Shown here: positions 28,929 through 37,723 of the stretch, one piece after another
Layout: each line of letters starts with the position of its first letter
Numbering within the stretch: position 1 is the first letter of the stretch
Notes under the pieces: model-generated
Databases searched by the model: none
What the model was told of the DNA's origin: nothing
Seen by the model: the letters and a program-made list of their open reading frames with translations, nothing else
Made by a program: the position numbers and the translations under genes
NCBI GenBank assembly: GCA_029259115.1
Contig: JAPDJO010000033.1
Location: forward strand, 1-46,206
Reading direction: 5' to 3'
DNA: 46,206 nt
Source of the DNA: Thermoplasmatota archaeon
Lineage (GTDB): Archaea > Thermoplasmatota > E2 > DHVEG-1 > B18-G2

Positions 28929-30212
28929 CTATGCATGTAGTAACCACTTCCAGAGAGGTATACATTTTATTGTCTTGTCATTTATATTCAGTTCATCCTC
29001 ATAATCCCATGTTATGATCTCTAAATTCTTGCATTTCAGTTCATTGCTCGCTTTGATTAGAGATTTTATCTCCCTTTTCTCTATCTCGTCTCTTCCAGAT
29101 GCATAGGTTACTTGGATGAGTTGTTTGATATCTAAACCCTCTTTCAAAACGAAATCGACTTCTCCATCTGAGAATTTGAGATAAAAGATGTCGAGCAATG
29201 GATTTTCGTTTCTTTTCCTTATCAGATCCAGTAAAACAATGTTCTCCATTAATCTGCCATAATCCGGAGAATATCTGGCTATTCTAGTTAAACCTGTATC
29301 GCACAGATAGATCTTTTTTGGCCAGCTCTCTCTGAGATGTACCTTATCTGAGTATCTCTTGAGAAAAAAGAAAAACATGGTATCCTGGAGCTTTGTGACA
29401 TACTCATAAACGGTATCCTTTCCAACTCTTACATCTGTTTTCAGCTTATTATACAAACCTCTAATCGATATCTCCTTAGAGTAATTCTGGATCATAAAAG
29501 TATGTATCATCCTCGCTAAGTCAAGATTTCTTATCTTGTGTCTCTCTATGAAATCTCTAAAGAGAATCAGATCTGAGTATTCTCTCAGTATCTTCAATTT
29601 CTCCTCACTCTTAATAACATCTGGAAAACCTCCAAATTCGATATAGTTTCTCAACAGATTCTTTATTCTCGCCTCTTCATCTTTACTCAAGTATTTCCCA
29701 ACAAAAATCTGTTTGAATCTCAGGAATTCTCTAAAACTGAAAGGTAATAAAACATATGATAAACTCCTGCCTCTGAGTTGCGTTGCTATTTCCTTGCTCA
29801 ATAACTTCGATGATGAACCTGACAAAAAGATCCTGTACTTTCTCAAATCATGAAACTCTCTCACCACCTTCTCCCAGTTCTCCATATTCTGAATCTCATC
29901 CAACAGCAGATATTTTGGATTTCTACCATATATCTCCATGTAAATTCTTATCACATCCCTCAGTTCTCTATAGTTAATCTCTGCCAAACGAGGGTCTTCA
30001 AAGTTCAGATAAACTTGATTCTCGATCTTTTTGGATAATGAGAATAAAAAATAGGTTTTACCTGCGCGTCTGGGACCAATTATGGATATTATGAATTCGG
30101 ATTCCATTGGCACCTTTAATTCTCTTTCTAAGATATCCTGTGGTAAGCTTTCGTACTCCCTAAAATAGTCGATTACATCATCTCGAACGAGCATGCAATG
30201 TAATAAGGACAA
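28929..30212 (-). CDS. AAA_14 ATPase with DUF4143 domain
   Basis: GPRRAGKT, LLDEIQ, GSSSKLL, GGFPD, KKIYLCDTG and EVDFV...LIQVT. The start may be ATG 30194. Confidence 0.9.
   Translation of the reverse strand: MSLLHCMLVRDDVIDYFREYESLPQDILERELKVPMESEFIISIIGPRRAGKTYFLFSLSKKIENQVYLNFEDPRLAEINYRELRDVIRIYMEIYGRNPKYLLLDEIQNMENWEKVVREFHDLRKYRIFLSGSSSKLLSKEIATQLRGRSLSYVLLPFSFREFLRFKQIFVGKYLSKDEEARIKNLLRNYIEFGGFPDVIKSEEKLKILREYSDLILFRDFIERHKIRNLDLARMIHTFMIQNYSKEISIRGLYNKLKTDVRVGKDTVYEYVTKLQDTMFFFFLKRYSDKVHLRESWPKKIYLCDTGLTRIARYSPDYGRLMENIVLLDLIRKRNENPLLDIFYLKFSDGEVDFVLKEGLDIKQLIQVTYASGRDEIEKREIKSLIKASNELKCKNLEIITWDYEDELNINDKTIKCIPLWKWLLHA
28942..29122. repeat. Direct repeat copy 1 (3' end of ATPase gene)
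   Basis: Manual alignment to 30390-30570 gives 13 mismatches in 181 bp, with no gaps. Confidence 0.9.
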
Positions 30213-30376
30213 TTATTGATAAATATTTCCCTCTTACAGGGACAAAATTTCTCATTTGAGACAGTATAGATGTTTAATCTTGCCAGAAGCATCCCTTACC
30301 TAATTATTTGAAAAAATTTGCACCATAATGCAAAACATTGCATTACTATGTATCAGCATTGGCACCGACTCCTTGG

Positions 30377-31657
30377 TTATACCGATAACAACCACTTCCA
30401 GAGAGATATACACTTTATCATCTTGCCATTTATATTCAATTCATCCTCATAATCCCATGTTATGATCTCTAAATTCCTGCATTTCAGTTCATCGCCTGCT
30501 TTGATTAGAGATTTTATCTCCCTTTTCTCTATCTCGTCTCTTCCAGATGCATAGGTTGCTTGAATAAGTTCCTTTATCGATGTTCCCTCCTTGATGACAA
30601 AATCCACCTCCCTTCCCTGATGATCTTTCCAGTAAAAGATTTCCATATCTGGATGCTGATAACTCTTCCTTCTCAGAAGTTCTATGGCTACCACATTTTC
30701 CATAATTCTTCCAGTATTTTCGCTCAGCCGGAAGGAAACAACGCTTATAATTCCTGTATCGATGCAATAAACTTTCTTGGGTGCGATTATGCTTTCCTTA
30801 AGTTTTGGAGAGAATCTTTCTATCATCTTTATCAAATAAGCCTGCTCCAGCCCATCTATCCAGTTTTTTATTGTGTGCTGATCCTTTATATCTAGAATAT
30901 TCTTCAGTTTCGAAAACGTGATTTCTGAGGAAAAATTGGAAACAAGGTATTTTGTCATCTCTTTGAATGCCGCCTTTTTCTTTATTTTGATTCTCCTGAT
31001 TATATCTTTTTCCAGTATGTCAAAGTAGATGCTCACCAAGATTTCCTTTCCCAAAATGTATCTCTCCGGAAAACCTCCCTGGGAAAGATAATCTTTCAGC
31101 AGATTCTTTATCAATCCAATCTTTGCTGTTGTAAGGTACTCTCCAAACCCAAAATCGTTGTATATAAGAAATTCCCTGAAACTAAATGGGTACAGGGTAA
31201 AGTCTACATGCCTTCCCGTCAGGTGGGTTGCAAGCTCTCCAGAGAGCATCTTTGAATTGCTACCGGTAATGATAACCCTCTTTGTTCTACGCAACCGATT
31301 GACAAAAAGCTCCCACCCTTGAATGTTGTGAGGCTCATCTAGTACCACATTCTCTATCTTTCCATGGAGTTCATAGAATGCCTCCATCACCTTATCGAAG
31401 TCTTTAACATTGAAATCCATGATTCTCTCATCATCGAAGTTTATGTATCCATATCCTTCGTTTCTTAACAACTGCAATGAAAGCGTTGATTTACCACATC
31501 TTCTCACACCCAGAATGGCGAGTACATTTGGGGATTTTAAAAAACCTTTCAACCTCTCCCTGTCAACCTCTCTTTCTATTATCTTCGTTTTTTCAAATCT
31601 TTCCTCTATCTCCTCTCTCTGCGAAGCTATAATCTCCTTTATTTCCTGCAGTTGCAT
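30377..31657 (-). CDS. AAA_14 ATPase with DUF4143 domain (second paralog)
   Basis: GVRRCGKST, VLDEPH, GGFPE, KKVYCIDTG and EVDFV. Start placed at ATG 31657, just downstream of a TATA-like palindrome. Confidence 0.9.
   Translation of the reverse strand: MQLQEIKEIIASQREEIEERFEKTKIIEREVDRERLKGFLKSPNVLAILGVRRCGKSTLSLQLLRNEGYGYINFDDERIMDFNVKDFDKVMEAFYELHGKIENVVLDEPHNIQGWELFVNRLRRTKRVIITGSNSKMLSGELATHLTGRHVDFTLYPFSFREFLIYNDFGFGEYLTTAKIGLIKNLLKDYLSQGGFPERYILGKEILVSIYFDILEKDIIRRIKIKKKAAFKEMTKYLVSNFSSEITFSKLKNILDIKDQHTIKNWIDGLEQAYLIKMIERFSPKLKESIIAPKKVYCIDTGIISVVSFRLSENTGRIMENVVAIELLRRKSYQHPDMEIFYWKDHQGREVDFVIKEGTSIKELIQATYASGRDEIEKREIKSLIKAGDELKCRNLEIITWDYEDELNINGKMIKCISLWKWLLSV
30390..30570. repeat. 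Direct repeat copy 2 (3' end of ATPase gene)
   Basis: Matches 28942-29122 at an offset of 1448 bp. Confidence 0.9.
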
Positions 31658-31665
31658 AAAATTAT

Positions 31666-31696
31666 AATCACAATCTTTTTTAAAAAGTTTGTGATT
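31666..31696. promoter_or_regulatory. 31-bp near-perfect palindrome centred on a putative TATA box
   Basis: AATCACAA-T-CTTTTT-T-AAAAAG-T-TTGTGATT, immediately upstream of the ATPase start at 31657. Confidence 0.55.
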
Positions 31697-31757
31697 TTTA
31701 TGAGTTTCAATCCAGTTGCACAAGTAATCCAGATGATCTCCCTCACCGAATTCCTTT

Positions 31758-31798
31758 CGCAAAGGTTATATACTTCAAAAAATTAACAGAAATGTTAA
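31758..31798 (+). promoter_or_regulatory. BRE/TATA promoter plus inverted-repeat operator for the AbiE operon
   Basis: CGCAAAGG-TTATATA followed by TTAACA-GAAA-TGTTAA (31783-31798) before ATG 31816. Confidence 0.55.
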
Positions 31799-31815
31799 GT
31801 TTGTAATGTGAAATC

Positions 31816-32619
31816 ATGCTATGGGAGGAGATTATCGCAAAAAGCGAGAAAATGGGAGCAACCCCAACTCAAGTATTTCAGGAAGAGGTGCAGAAGGTTC
31901 TGCTCACTTCCTTGAGCCGAGACGAAGCATTCAACCATATTGTTTTTCAGGGTGGAACCGCTCTCAGACTATTTTATGGAAATCCCCGCTTTTCAGAGGA
32001 TCTGGATTTCGTTTTGAAGCAAGACGAGATGTTTGATCTCACCAGAAACATCCCCAACATGCAAACATCTGTTGAAGATGCATTTCCATTTATTGAAGAA
32101 GCCAGTCTCGATATTCAGAGAAATGATGATCAAATGCAACGCCTCGTTCTTAAGATTAGAGGGAGACCATTCAAAAGAATTCGAGTGCACTTAGAATTGG
32201 CGTATGTTCCATCTTACCATAATAAACCAAGAGTACTTGATTATCCTCCTCTCAATCCAGTTGTAAGAGTGGAGGAGGATCATGAGATACTCGCTGATAA
32301 ACTGGTTGCTTTGGGAAACAGACCATACATAAAGGGAAGGGATGTATGGGATGTATATTTTCTTGCCAAAGAAAAAAACATCACCATTCCATGGGATCTT
32401 GTGTTCCGGAAGGCTAGAGATTATGGAACCACACCATCAAATCTGAAAAAGAATATTCTAGAAGCTATGGAGAGATTGAAGAAAGAAGGATTGTCTATTC
32501 TTCACAGCGAGATCCTTCGTTTCATGCCAAAAAGAACGCTTGATCAATACAGCGAAAACCTCAGAGAAATTGTGGATGCGGTCGTAGAAATCATAAGAGG
32601 TGGGGTTCTTGAAGAGTGA
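31816..32619 (+). CDS. AbiEii-type nucleotidyltransferase toxin (type IV TA)
   Basis: FQGGTALRLFYGNPRFSEDLDF, EILADKLVAL and KGRDVWD. Confidence 0.9.
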   Translation: MLWEEIIAKSEKMGATPTQVFQEEVQKVLLTSLSRDEAFNHIVFQGGTALRLFYGNPRFSEDLDFVLKQDEMFDLTRNIPNMQTSVEDAFPFIEEASLDIQRNDDQMQRLVLKIRGRPFKRIRVHLELAYVPSYHNKPRVLDYPPLNPVVRVEEDHEILADKLVALGNRPYIKGRDVWDVYFLAKEKNITIPWDLVFRKARDYGTTPSNLKKNILEAMERLKKEGLSILHSEILRFMPKRTLDQYSENLREIVDAVVEIIRGGVLEE

Positions 32620-33208
32620 TGAGTGGTTACGCTTCTTCAAACGGCATAAAGATAAAAAGATATTCTCACTCTCTGATCTGTCACAGTTAACAGGAGAAGA
32701 TAAATCATCTCTCTACGTTCAACTGACCAGATTGGTCAAATCTGGATTGGTGAAGAGGATTGCATACCGCTGGTATGAAAACCCATTTTCTCCTCCAACT
32801 CCGGAGGAAATATCCATGATTCTAAGATGTCCATCGTATCTATCCATGGAATATGCTCTCTCAAGACAAGGAATTCTAAGTCAAGCGGTGTATACGCTCA
32901 CACTTGTAACCACAAAACTTCCTTATACTTATAAAACCGAGGATGCAACCTATGAGTATCATCAGATACACAAGACCTTATTCTGGGGATATGAAAAGGA
33001 AGGATTTGTTAACATTGCTGAACCCGAGAAGGCGTTCCTCGATCTCATCTATATTCGCTGTAAGAAGAAAAGGGATGCAGGTACTACTATGATAAAATCG
33101 TTGCTTGATGATATGGATGTGGATGGGTTTGATCTTGAAAAACTCCGCGCATATTCAGAAAGATTTTCACCAAAAACAAGAAAAATTCTGCATGAGGTGA
33201 TGGAGTGA
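32600..33208 (+). CDS. AbiEi-type antitoxin / transcriptional regulator
   Basis: N-terminal wHTH (LTRLVKSGLVKRI), PSYLSMEYALS and AEPEKAFLDLIY. Confidence 0.85.
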   Translation: MGFLKSDEWLRFFKRHKDKKIFSLSDLSQLTGEDKSSLYVQLTRLVKSGLVKRIAYRWYENPFSPPTPEEISMILRCPSYLSMEYALSRQGILSQAVYTLTLVTTKLPYTYKTEDATYEYHQIHKTLFWGYEKEGFVNIAEPEKAFLDLIYIRCKKKRDAGTTMIKSLLDDMDVDGFDLEKLRAYSERFSPKTRKILHEVME

Positions 33209-33313
33209 TAAGGAGAAGATCGTGATCCTGTATTTACGCAAAATCCTCTCGTGTTATCCAAATAGTAGAATTTTTCATTAAAATTTCTATCATTGCAATA
33301 GTAATTCTGCAAC

Positions 33314-33640
33314 TTATTTCAGGAGCCATTTCCATAGAGGTACGCATCTTATCGTTTTATCTTTCATCTTCAGTTCATCTTCATAATCCCATGTTATCAG
33401 TAACAGATCTTTGCATCCAAACTTATCGCCTGCCTTTACCAGAGATCTGATCTCTCTTTTCTATCTCATTTTTGCCTGATGCGTAAGTGACTTGAATCAG
33501 CTGCTTGACCTCTGTTCCTTCTCTGACAGGAAAATCGACCTCATGATTATTCTTCTTGTAATAGAGCAGGTCTCTATTTATCTTGTATCCATTCCTCAGA
33601 AGATCAACAAAAACGACTCCCTCCATGGATCTTCCGATGT
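33314..33640 (-). pseudogene. Truncated, frameshifted remnant of a third DUF4143 ATPase
   Basis: Reads MEGVVFVDLLR...EVDFPVREG..QLIQVTYASGKNEIEK, then frameshifts to IRSLVKAGDKFGCKDLLLITWDYEDELKMKDKTIRCVPLWKWLLK*. No ATPase domain is present. Confidence 0.85.
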
Positions 33641-33733
33641 GCTTAATGCCTTGGATAAGTAAAAATCCCGTTTATCTACAAAATGTTACATAGCCAATAA
33701 ACCTCTTTAAAAAGCTAAAAATGAGATAGGGTT

Positions 33734-34528
33734 CTAAAGTTGGAAAAACAAGATCTTGACAAGAGTAGCTATACCAAGAACGGTTGTCACAACACCTATT
33801 AAGACTCGAAGGGATTTCTCATACACCTTTTTCACAACAAAAGCGGTTATTGGAACAGAGATTAAAGAGCCTATCAATAGAGATGGGGTCAAGTACCACC
33901 TCATGCCTTCTATAGTAAATGCATAAGCTATGAATCCAACTAGACAAGTTATCGATTTTGCAACAGGGGTTATACTGACTGCTTCTTTACTATTTGCCCC
34001 GGTAAGTAATTGCCCTCCAGTGAGTAAAGGTCCATAGCCTCCACCAGTTAATCCCTTATTAAATGCAGCAAATATTCCCAATCCCAGTATCTTCTTCCAT
34101 GAGAATTTGAAATGTTTATTTATCGTCAGGAGTATCACTATACCCATAAGGAGTACGATTGACCCTATATATAGTTCCATGAGAAAGGTTGGTATAGATA
34201 TAGCCAGAAAAACAGCCAAAATTGCTCCGACTAAACTACATATTCCTAGAGTGATAGCAATCTTGAGATGTTTGGATTTTAATCTGAAACTAACGTTCCC
34301 TACCTTGTGATGTGCTAATCCCAGGAACAATCCACTGACAAATTCTACTAGCAGTATAGGAGGAATAACCTCTAAAGGATGATATCCTGCTATCAGCAAG
34401 AGGGGAGCTAGTAACGTTCCATGTCCTCCACCAAATACAGCGTTTACAAGCTCACATATGAATGCAAGTATAATCACAGACAGAATTATTTCTACACCAA
34501 ATAGATCAAAAGATAAAGATTCTATCAT
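33734..34528 (-). CDS. TauE/SafE (TSUP) family sulfite/sulfonate exporter
   Basis: Two GGG repeats (FGGGHGTLLAP and TGGGYGPL) and about 8 TM segments. Confidence 0.88.
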   Translation of the reverse strand: MIESLSFDLFGVEIILSVIILAFICELVNAVFGGGHGTLLAPLLLIAGYHPLEVIPPILLVEFVSGLFLGLAHHKVGNVSFRLKSKHLKIAITLGICSLVGAILAVFLAISIPTFLMELYIGSIVLLMGIVILLTINKHFKFSWKKILGLGIFAAFNKGLTGGGYGPLLTGGQLLTGANSKEAVSITPVAKSITCLVGFIAYAFTIEGMRWYLTPSLLIGSLISVPITAFVVKKVYEKSLRVLIGVVTTVLGIATLVKILFFQL

Positions 34529-35055
34529 ACCTCTACCTTTATGTAACCCCTTTCTCTCAGCTTATTCAGCACCTTATTAACGCACTCCTCCAGGCTCTCC
34601 TTATCGGTCTCTACAATAACCTCTGGATTCTCTGGTTCTTCGTATGGATCATCTATGCCTGTAAATCCCTTTATTTCTCCAGCTAAAGCTTTCTTGTACA
34701 TCCCTTTAACATCTCTCTGTATGCATATCTCAAGCGGTGTCTTAACATAAACCTCTATGAAATTCTCGTTGATCTCTCTTGCAAAATCTCTGTTCTCCCT
34801 GTAAGGACTTACAAAAGAGCAAAGGACTATCACCCCTCTCTTAGATAATAACTTTGCCATGAGAGCTATGTATCTGAGATGCTTATTCCTTCCCTCTTTT
34901 GAGAAGTCTTTATTTCTGATATAGTCTCTAACGGTATCTCCATCCAAGAGCTCTACATCTATTCCTTTTTCCTCTAATCGCCTTTTTACTTCCCTAGCTA
35001 TAGTTGTTTTTCCGGAGCACGGCAAACCCGTAAACCATACCGTCACACCTACCAT
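34525..35055 (-). CDS. cysC: Adenylyl-sulfate kinase
   Basis: VWFTGLPCSGKTTIA, LDGDTVR, SFVSPY and RDVKGMYKKA..GEI..FTGIDDPYE. Confidence 0.95.
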   Translation of the reverse strand: MVGVTVWFTGLPCSGKTTIAREVKRRLEEKGIDVELLDGDTVRDYIRNKDFSKEGRNKHLRYIALMAKLLSKRGVIVLCSFVSPYRENRDFAREINENFIEVYVKTPLEICIQRDVKGMYKKALAGEIKGFTGIDDPYEEPENPEVIVETDKESLEECVNKVLNKLRERGYIKVEV

Positions 35056-35057
35056 AT

Positions 35058-35612
35058 CTACCTCTCCCTAACATTCCTATATAACTTGGGATCAACAGCC
35101 TTTACAGCTTCGCTTACATTTAACATTCCACCCAAAAATTCGTTCACCCTCTCTATCTCTTTTCTTGGGTTTTTGATGACATCATTGTATCTAACGATTA
35201 TGTAATCTATGTCTTCTCTCTCGTCCATCAGTTTTATAGTGATTCTATTCAATTTCTCAAGCAACGGTCTTTCTTCCTCTCTATTAATAGGACCTGACAT
35301 CTTCTCCATGGAATCTAGGATCTCGTCTATGTTTCTGACCATGTAAATTATCTTATAGTTTCCTCTTGGGAGAAATTTTAACCCATAGGCTGTTATCTTG
35401 ATGAATTTGCCATCATACTTCTCGAAGGGGAATGTCCCTTCCATAAGTCTATTAATAATCTTTCCACCTTCAAGCTCAAAGTAGCCCTTTGGATTGTGAT
35501 AATCTGGTTTCCTTGAATTATCAAAGGCTACGGGCGCACCCCCTCTGTAGAGTATCTGCATCATCATGGATGTTCCTGATCTTTCCAGACCTGATACGAT
35601 ATAGTTTACCAT
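35058..35612 (-). CDS. PAPS-dependent sulfotransferase-family protein
   Basis: 5'-PSB loop SGLERSGTSMMMQIL, 3'-PB motif IYMVRN...S, and YNDVIKNP. Confidence 0.8.
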   Translation of the reverse strand: MVNYIVSGLERSGTSMMMQILYRGGAPVAFDNSRKPDYHNPKGYFELEGGKIINRLMEGTFPFEKYDGKFIKITAYGLKFLPRGNYKIIYMVRNIDEILDSMEKMSGPINREEERPLLEKLNRITIKLMDEREDIDYIIVRYNDVIKNPRKEIERVNEFLGGMLNVSEAVKAVDPKLYRNVRER

Positions 35613-36577
35613 CTTTTTCCCTCCAAAAACTCAACAATTCTATCAATTACTTCATCCGTTTTTTTCTTGGATGTAATAATGCCCACAACAGACTTCTTAC
35701 CACCAGCGTTGCAACCTAATCGTTTAACCTCATCTATGAGGTTTGTCAGGTTAATCCTAGAACTTCTGACATATATCTGGTCTCTATCCTCAAAAAACCC
35801 CCTATTTACAACAACTACATCTCTATTTGTATTCCATGCTATCCTTCTTGTTACCGTTGATATGATATTATAAGGAATGTCTACATCGACTACTATCACG
35901 TTTCCTCTCTTCTCTCCAAGATTTTTATCATTCACTATCTTCTCGATTTCCTTCTCTAAAATCTCAAGATTCTTGTTCCATTCCCTATTTGTCAAGATAT
36001 CTTCTAGGTTCATATCTCTAATGATCAAGGGTAATCTTTCTACGTCTTCTTTCTTACCAAGTTTATAGTTTGAATCTATCAGATACGTTGCTCTAACTAA
36101 GTCATCAAAATCTATCGAGTAATTTCTACAAAATCTCTGCACAATGTCATAAAATCTTCTGTTGTCTTTGATTTTGTGTTCGTTATCTCCCACTATTCCT
36201 AGAATAACTAGTAATCCCTCATCCTCATTGAAGTATTCTTTTAAAACCCATGTTGCAGATGGAAAATCTTCCTGTGCAGCACCATAGGCTATAGGGTTTA
36301 TATGATTTATATTTTCTATGGGTTTTTGCATATGATGATCAAATATTGTCACCCTAGCATGTTCGGCTAGCTGTTTTATATTATCCTCAGGTAGAGCAAT
36401 ATCAACGATGTAGATCTCTCCATATTCAAGATATCTATCTATCTCCTCATCTGTTAAGAAGTAGTTTCCTATCTTGGGTATAACTGTTTTAGTCTCTCCA
36501 TTCAAATTTTTAAGTAAGATAGATGCGGAGCATATCCCATCGGTATCCCAATGATGAATGATCAACTTCTCTCCCAT
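35606..36577 (-). CDS. DHH-family phosphoesterase (candidate PAP phosphatase)
   Basis: HHWDTDG, IVD, FDHH and a C-terminal AGGK. It lies between sat and the sulfotransferase. Confidence 0.78.
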   Translation of the reverse strand: MGEKLIIHHWDTDGICSASILLKNLNGETKTVIPKIGNYFLTDEEIDRYLEYGEIYIVDIALPEDNIKQLAEHARVTIFDHHMQKPIENINHINPIAYGAAQEDFPSATWVLKEYFNEDEGLLVILGIVGDNEHKIKDNRRFYDIVQRFCRNYSIDFDDLVRATYLIDSNYKLGKKEDVERLPLIIRDMNLEDILTNREWNKNLEILEKEIEKIVNDKNLGEKRGNVIVVDVDIPYNIISTVTRRIAWNTNRDVVVVNRGFFEDRDQIYVRSSRINLTNLIDEVKRLGCNAGGKKSVVGIITSKKKTDEVIDRIVEFLEGKRW

Positions 36578-36581
36578 ACCA

Positions 36582-37712
36582 TCACTCTACAAATGGATTG
36601 TCAAAACTCAATATGGTCTCTGCAACCTCTCTTCGCATCATTTGAGCTGGTGGAATCTTTCCTTCTCTCAACATCTGTCTTATTTTAGTTCCACTGAAAT
36701 TGATGTGGTCTTCTTTTCCATGTGGGCATATCTTCTCGTTGACAACACCCCCACATCTTTTGCAGTAGAAGAACGATCTAAAGAACAGAGGGATTATCTC
36801 TAAATCTGGGAATTCATCAAATATCCTGTGAGCAGCATATGGGTCATAGAAGTTTCCAACCCCTGCATGATCTCTACCAACAATAAAATGGGTACATCCA
36901 AAGTTTTTCCTCATTATTGCATGATGTATAGCCTCTCTTGGTCCTGCATACTTCATAGACGTACATAATATAGACATCACGACTCTATTCTTTGGATAGT
37001 AATTTCTAATCAGGGAATCGTATGCTTTCAATATAACCTCGTCTCTGAAATCTCCTTTCTTCTTCCTTCCTATGAGGGGATTGACGAAAAGACCGTCAAC
37101 AAAAGTAAGAGCAGCCTTCTGAACATACTCATGTCCTACGTGAGGAGGATTTCTGGTTTGAAATGCAACCACGTCTTTCCATCCTTTCTCCCTGAAAAGG
37201 GTCCTGGTCTCTTTTGGCCAAAGCACATAGTCCTCGAAAACCTTTTTACCCTCCTTAAGCAGGGTTATTCTGCCTCCGATGAAAAGATCTTTCATATCAT
37301 ATGTCATACTTACTCCTGGATGAGAGGGATCTTTTGTTCCATAGACTTTTTCAGCCAATCTCTCCTTATCAATCCCGTATATTTCTTCTATTTCCATCTC
37401 TGCAACCATTCCGTTATCAGCTATTAAAAAGATAGTGTCTCCCTCTTTGGCTCCTTTCAGCTCATCTTTGTTTACGTCCAAAATGATAGGAATTGTCCAG
37501 GGTGTGTCATCATCTAACCTCATATTTTCTAAGACATTTTCTAGATCGTTGTAACAAAGGAAACCCTCTAGAGGAGAAAAAACTCCATGAGCTATGTTTT
37601 CTACATCTTCGGATCTGTCCCTATTTACCTTTAAAGCTATAGCATCTTCAATATCTACATCTTCTCTTAACCTACATCTATCTACCAGTCTTCCTCCGTG
37701 AGGTTTAGGCAT
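36582..37712 (-). CDS. sat: Sulfate adenylyltransferase (ATP sulfurylase)
   Basis: PHGGRLV, FSPLEGF, FQTRNPPHVGHE, YAGPREA and HFIVGRDHAGVG. Confidence 0.96.
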   Translation of the reverse strand: MPKPHGGRLVDRCRLREDVDIEDAIALKVNRDRSEDVENIAHGVFSPLEGFLCYNDLENVLENMRLDDDTPWTIPIILDVNKDELKGAKEGDTIFLIADNGMVAEMEIEEIYGIDKERLAEKVYGTKDPSHPGVSMTYDMKDLFIGGRITLLKEGKKVFEDYVLWPKETRTLFREKGWKDVVAFQTRNPPHVGHEYVQKAALTFVDGLFVNPLIGRKKKGDFRDEVILKAYDSLIRNYYPKNRVVMSILCTSMKYAGPREAIHHAIMRKNFGCTHFIVGRDHAGVGNFYDPYAAHRIFDEFPDLEIIPLFFRSFFYCKRCGGVVNEKICPHGKEDHINFSGTKIRQMLREGKIPPAQMMRREVAETILSFDNPFVE

Positions 37713-37723
37713 AGTATCACTTC

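Noticed and set aside
28942-30570. Possible diversity-generating retroelement TR/VR pair
   Set aside because: Mismatches are not adenine-specific, both copies lie in intact genes, and no reverse transcriptase is in the window.
31658-31762. Longer N-terminal extension of the second ATPase (and similar extensions for AOR, mvk, GT2, flippase, lhr)
   Set aside because: The extensions run through promoter-like DNA or neighbouring genes; downstream starts fit family N-termini and operon coupling.
34525-37712. Assimilatory or dissimilatory sulfate reduction
   Set aside because: No aprAB, cysH or sulfite reductase is present; the sulfotransferase context indicates PAPS used for sulfation.
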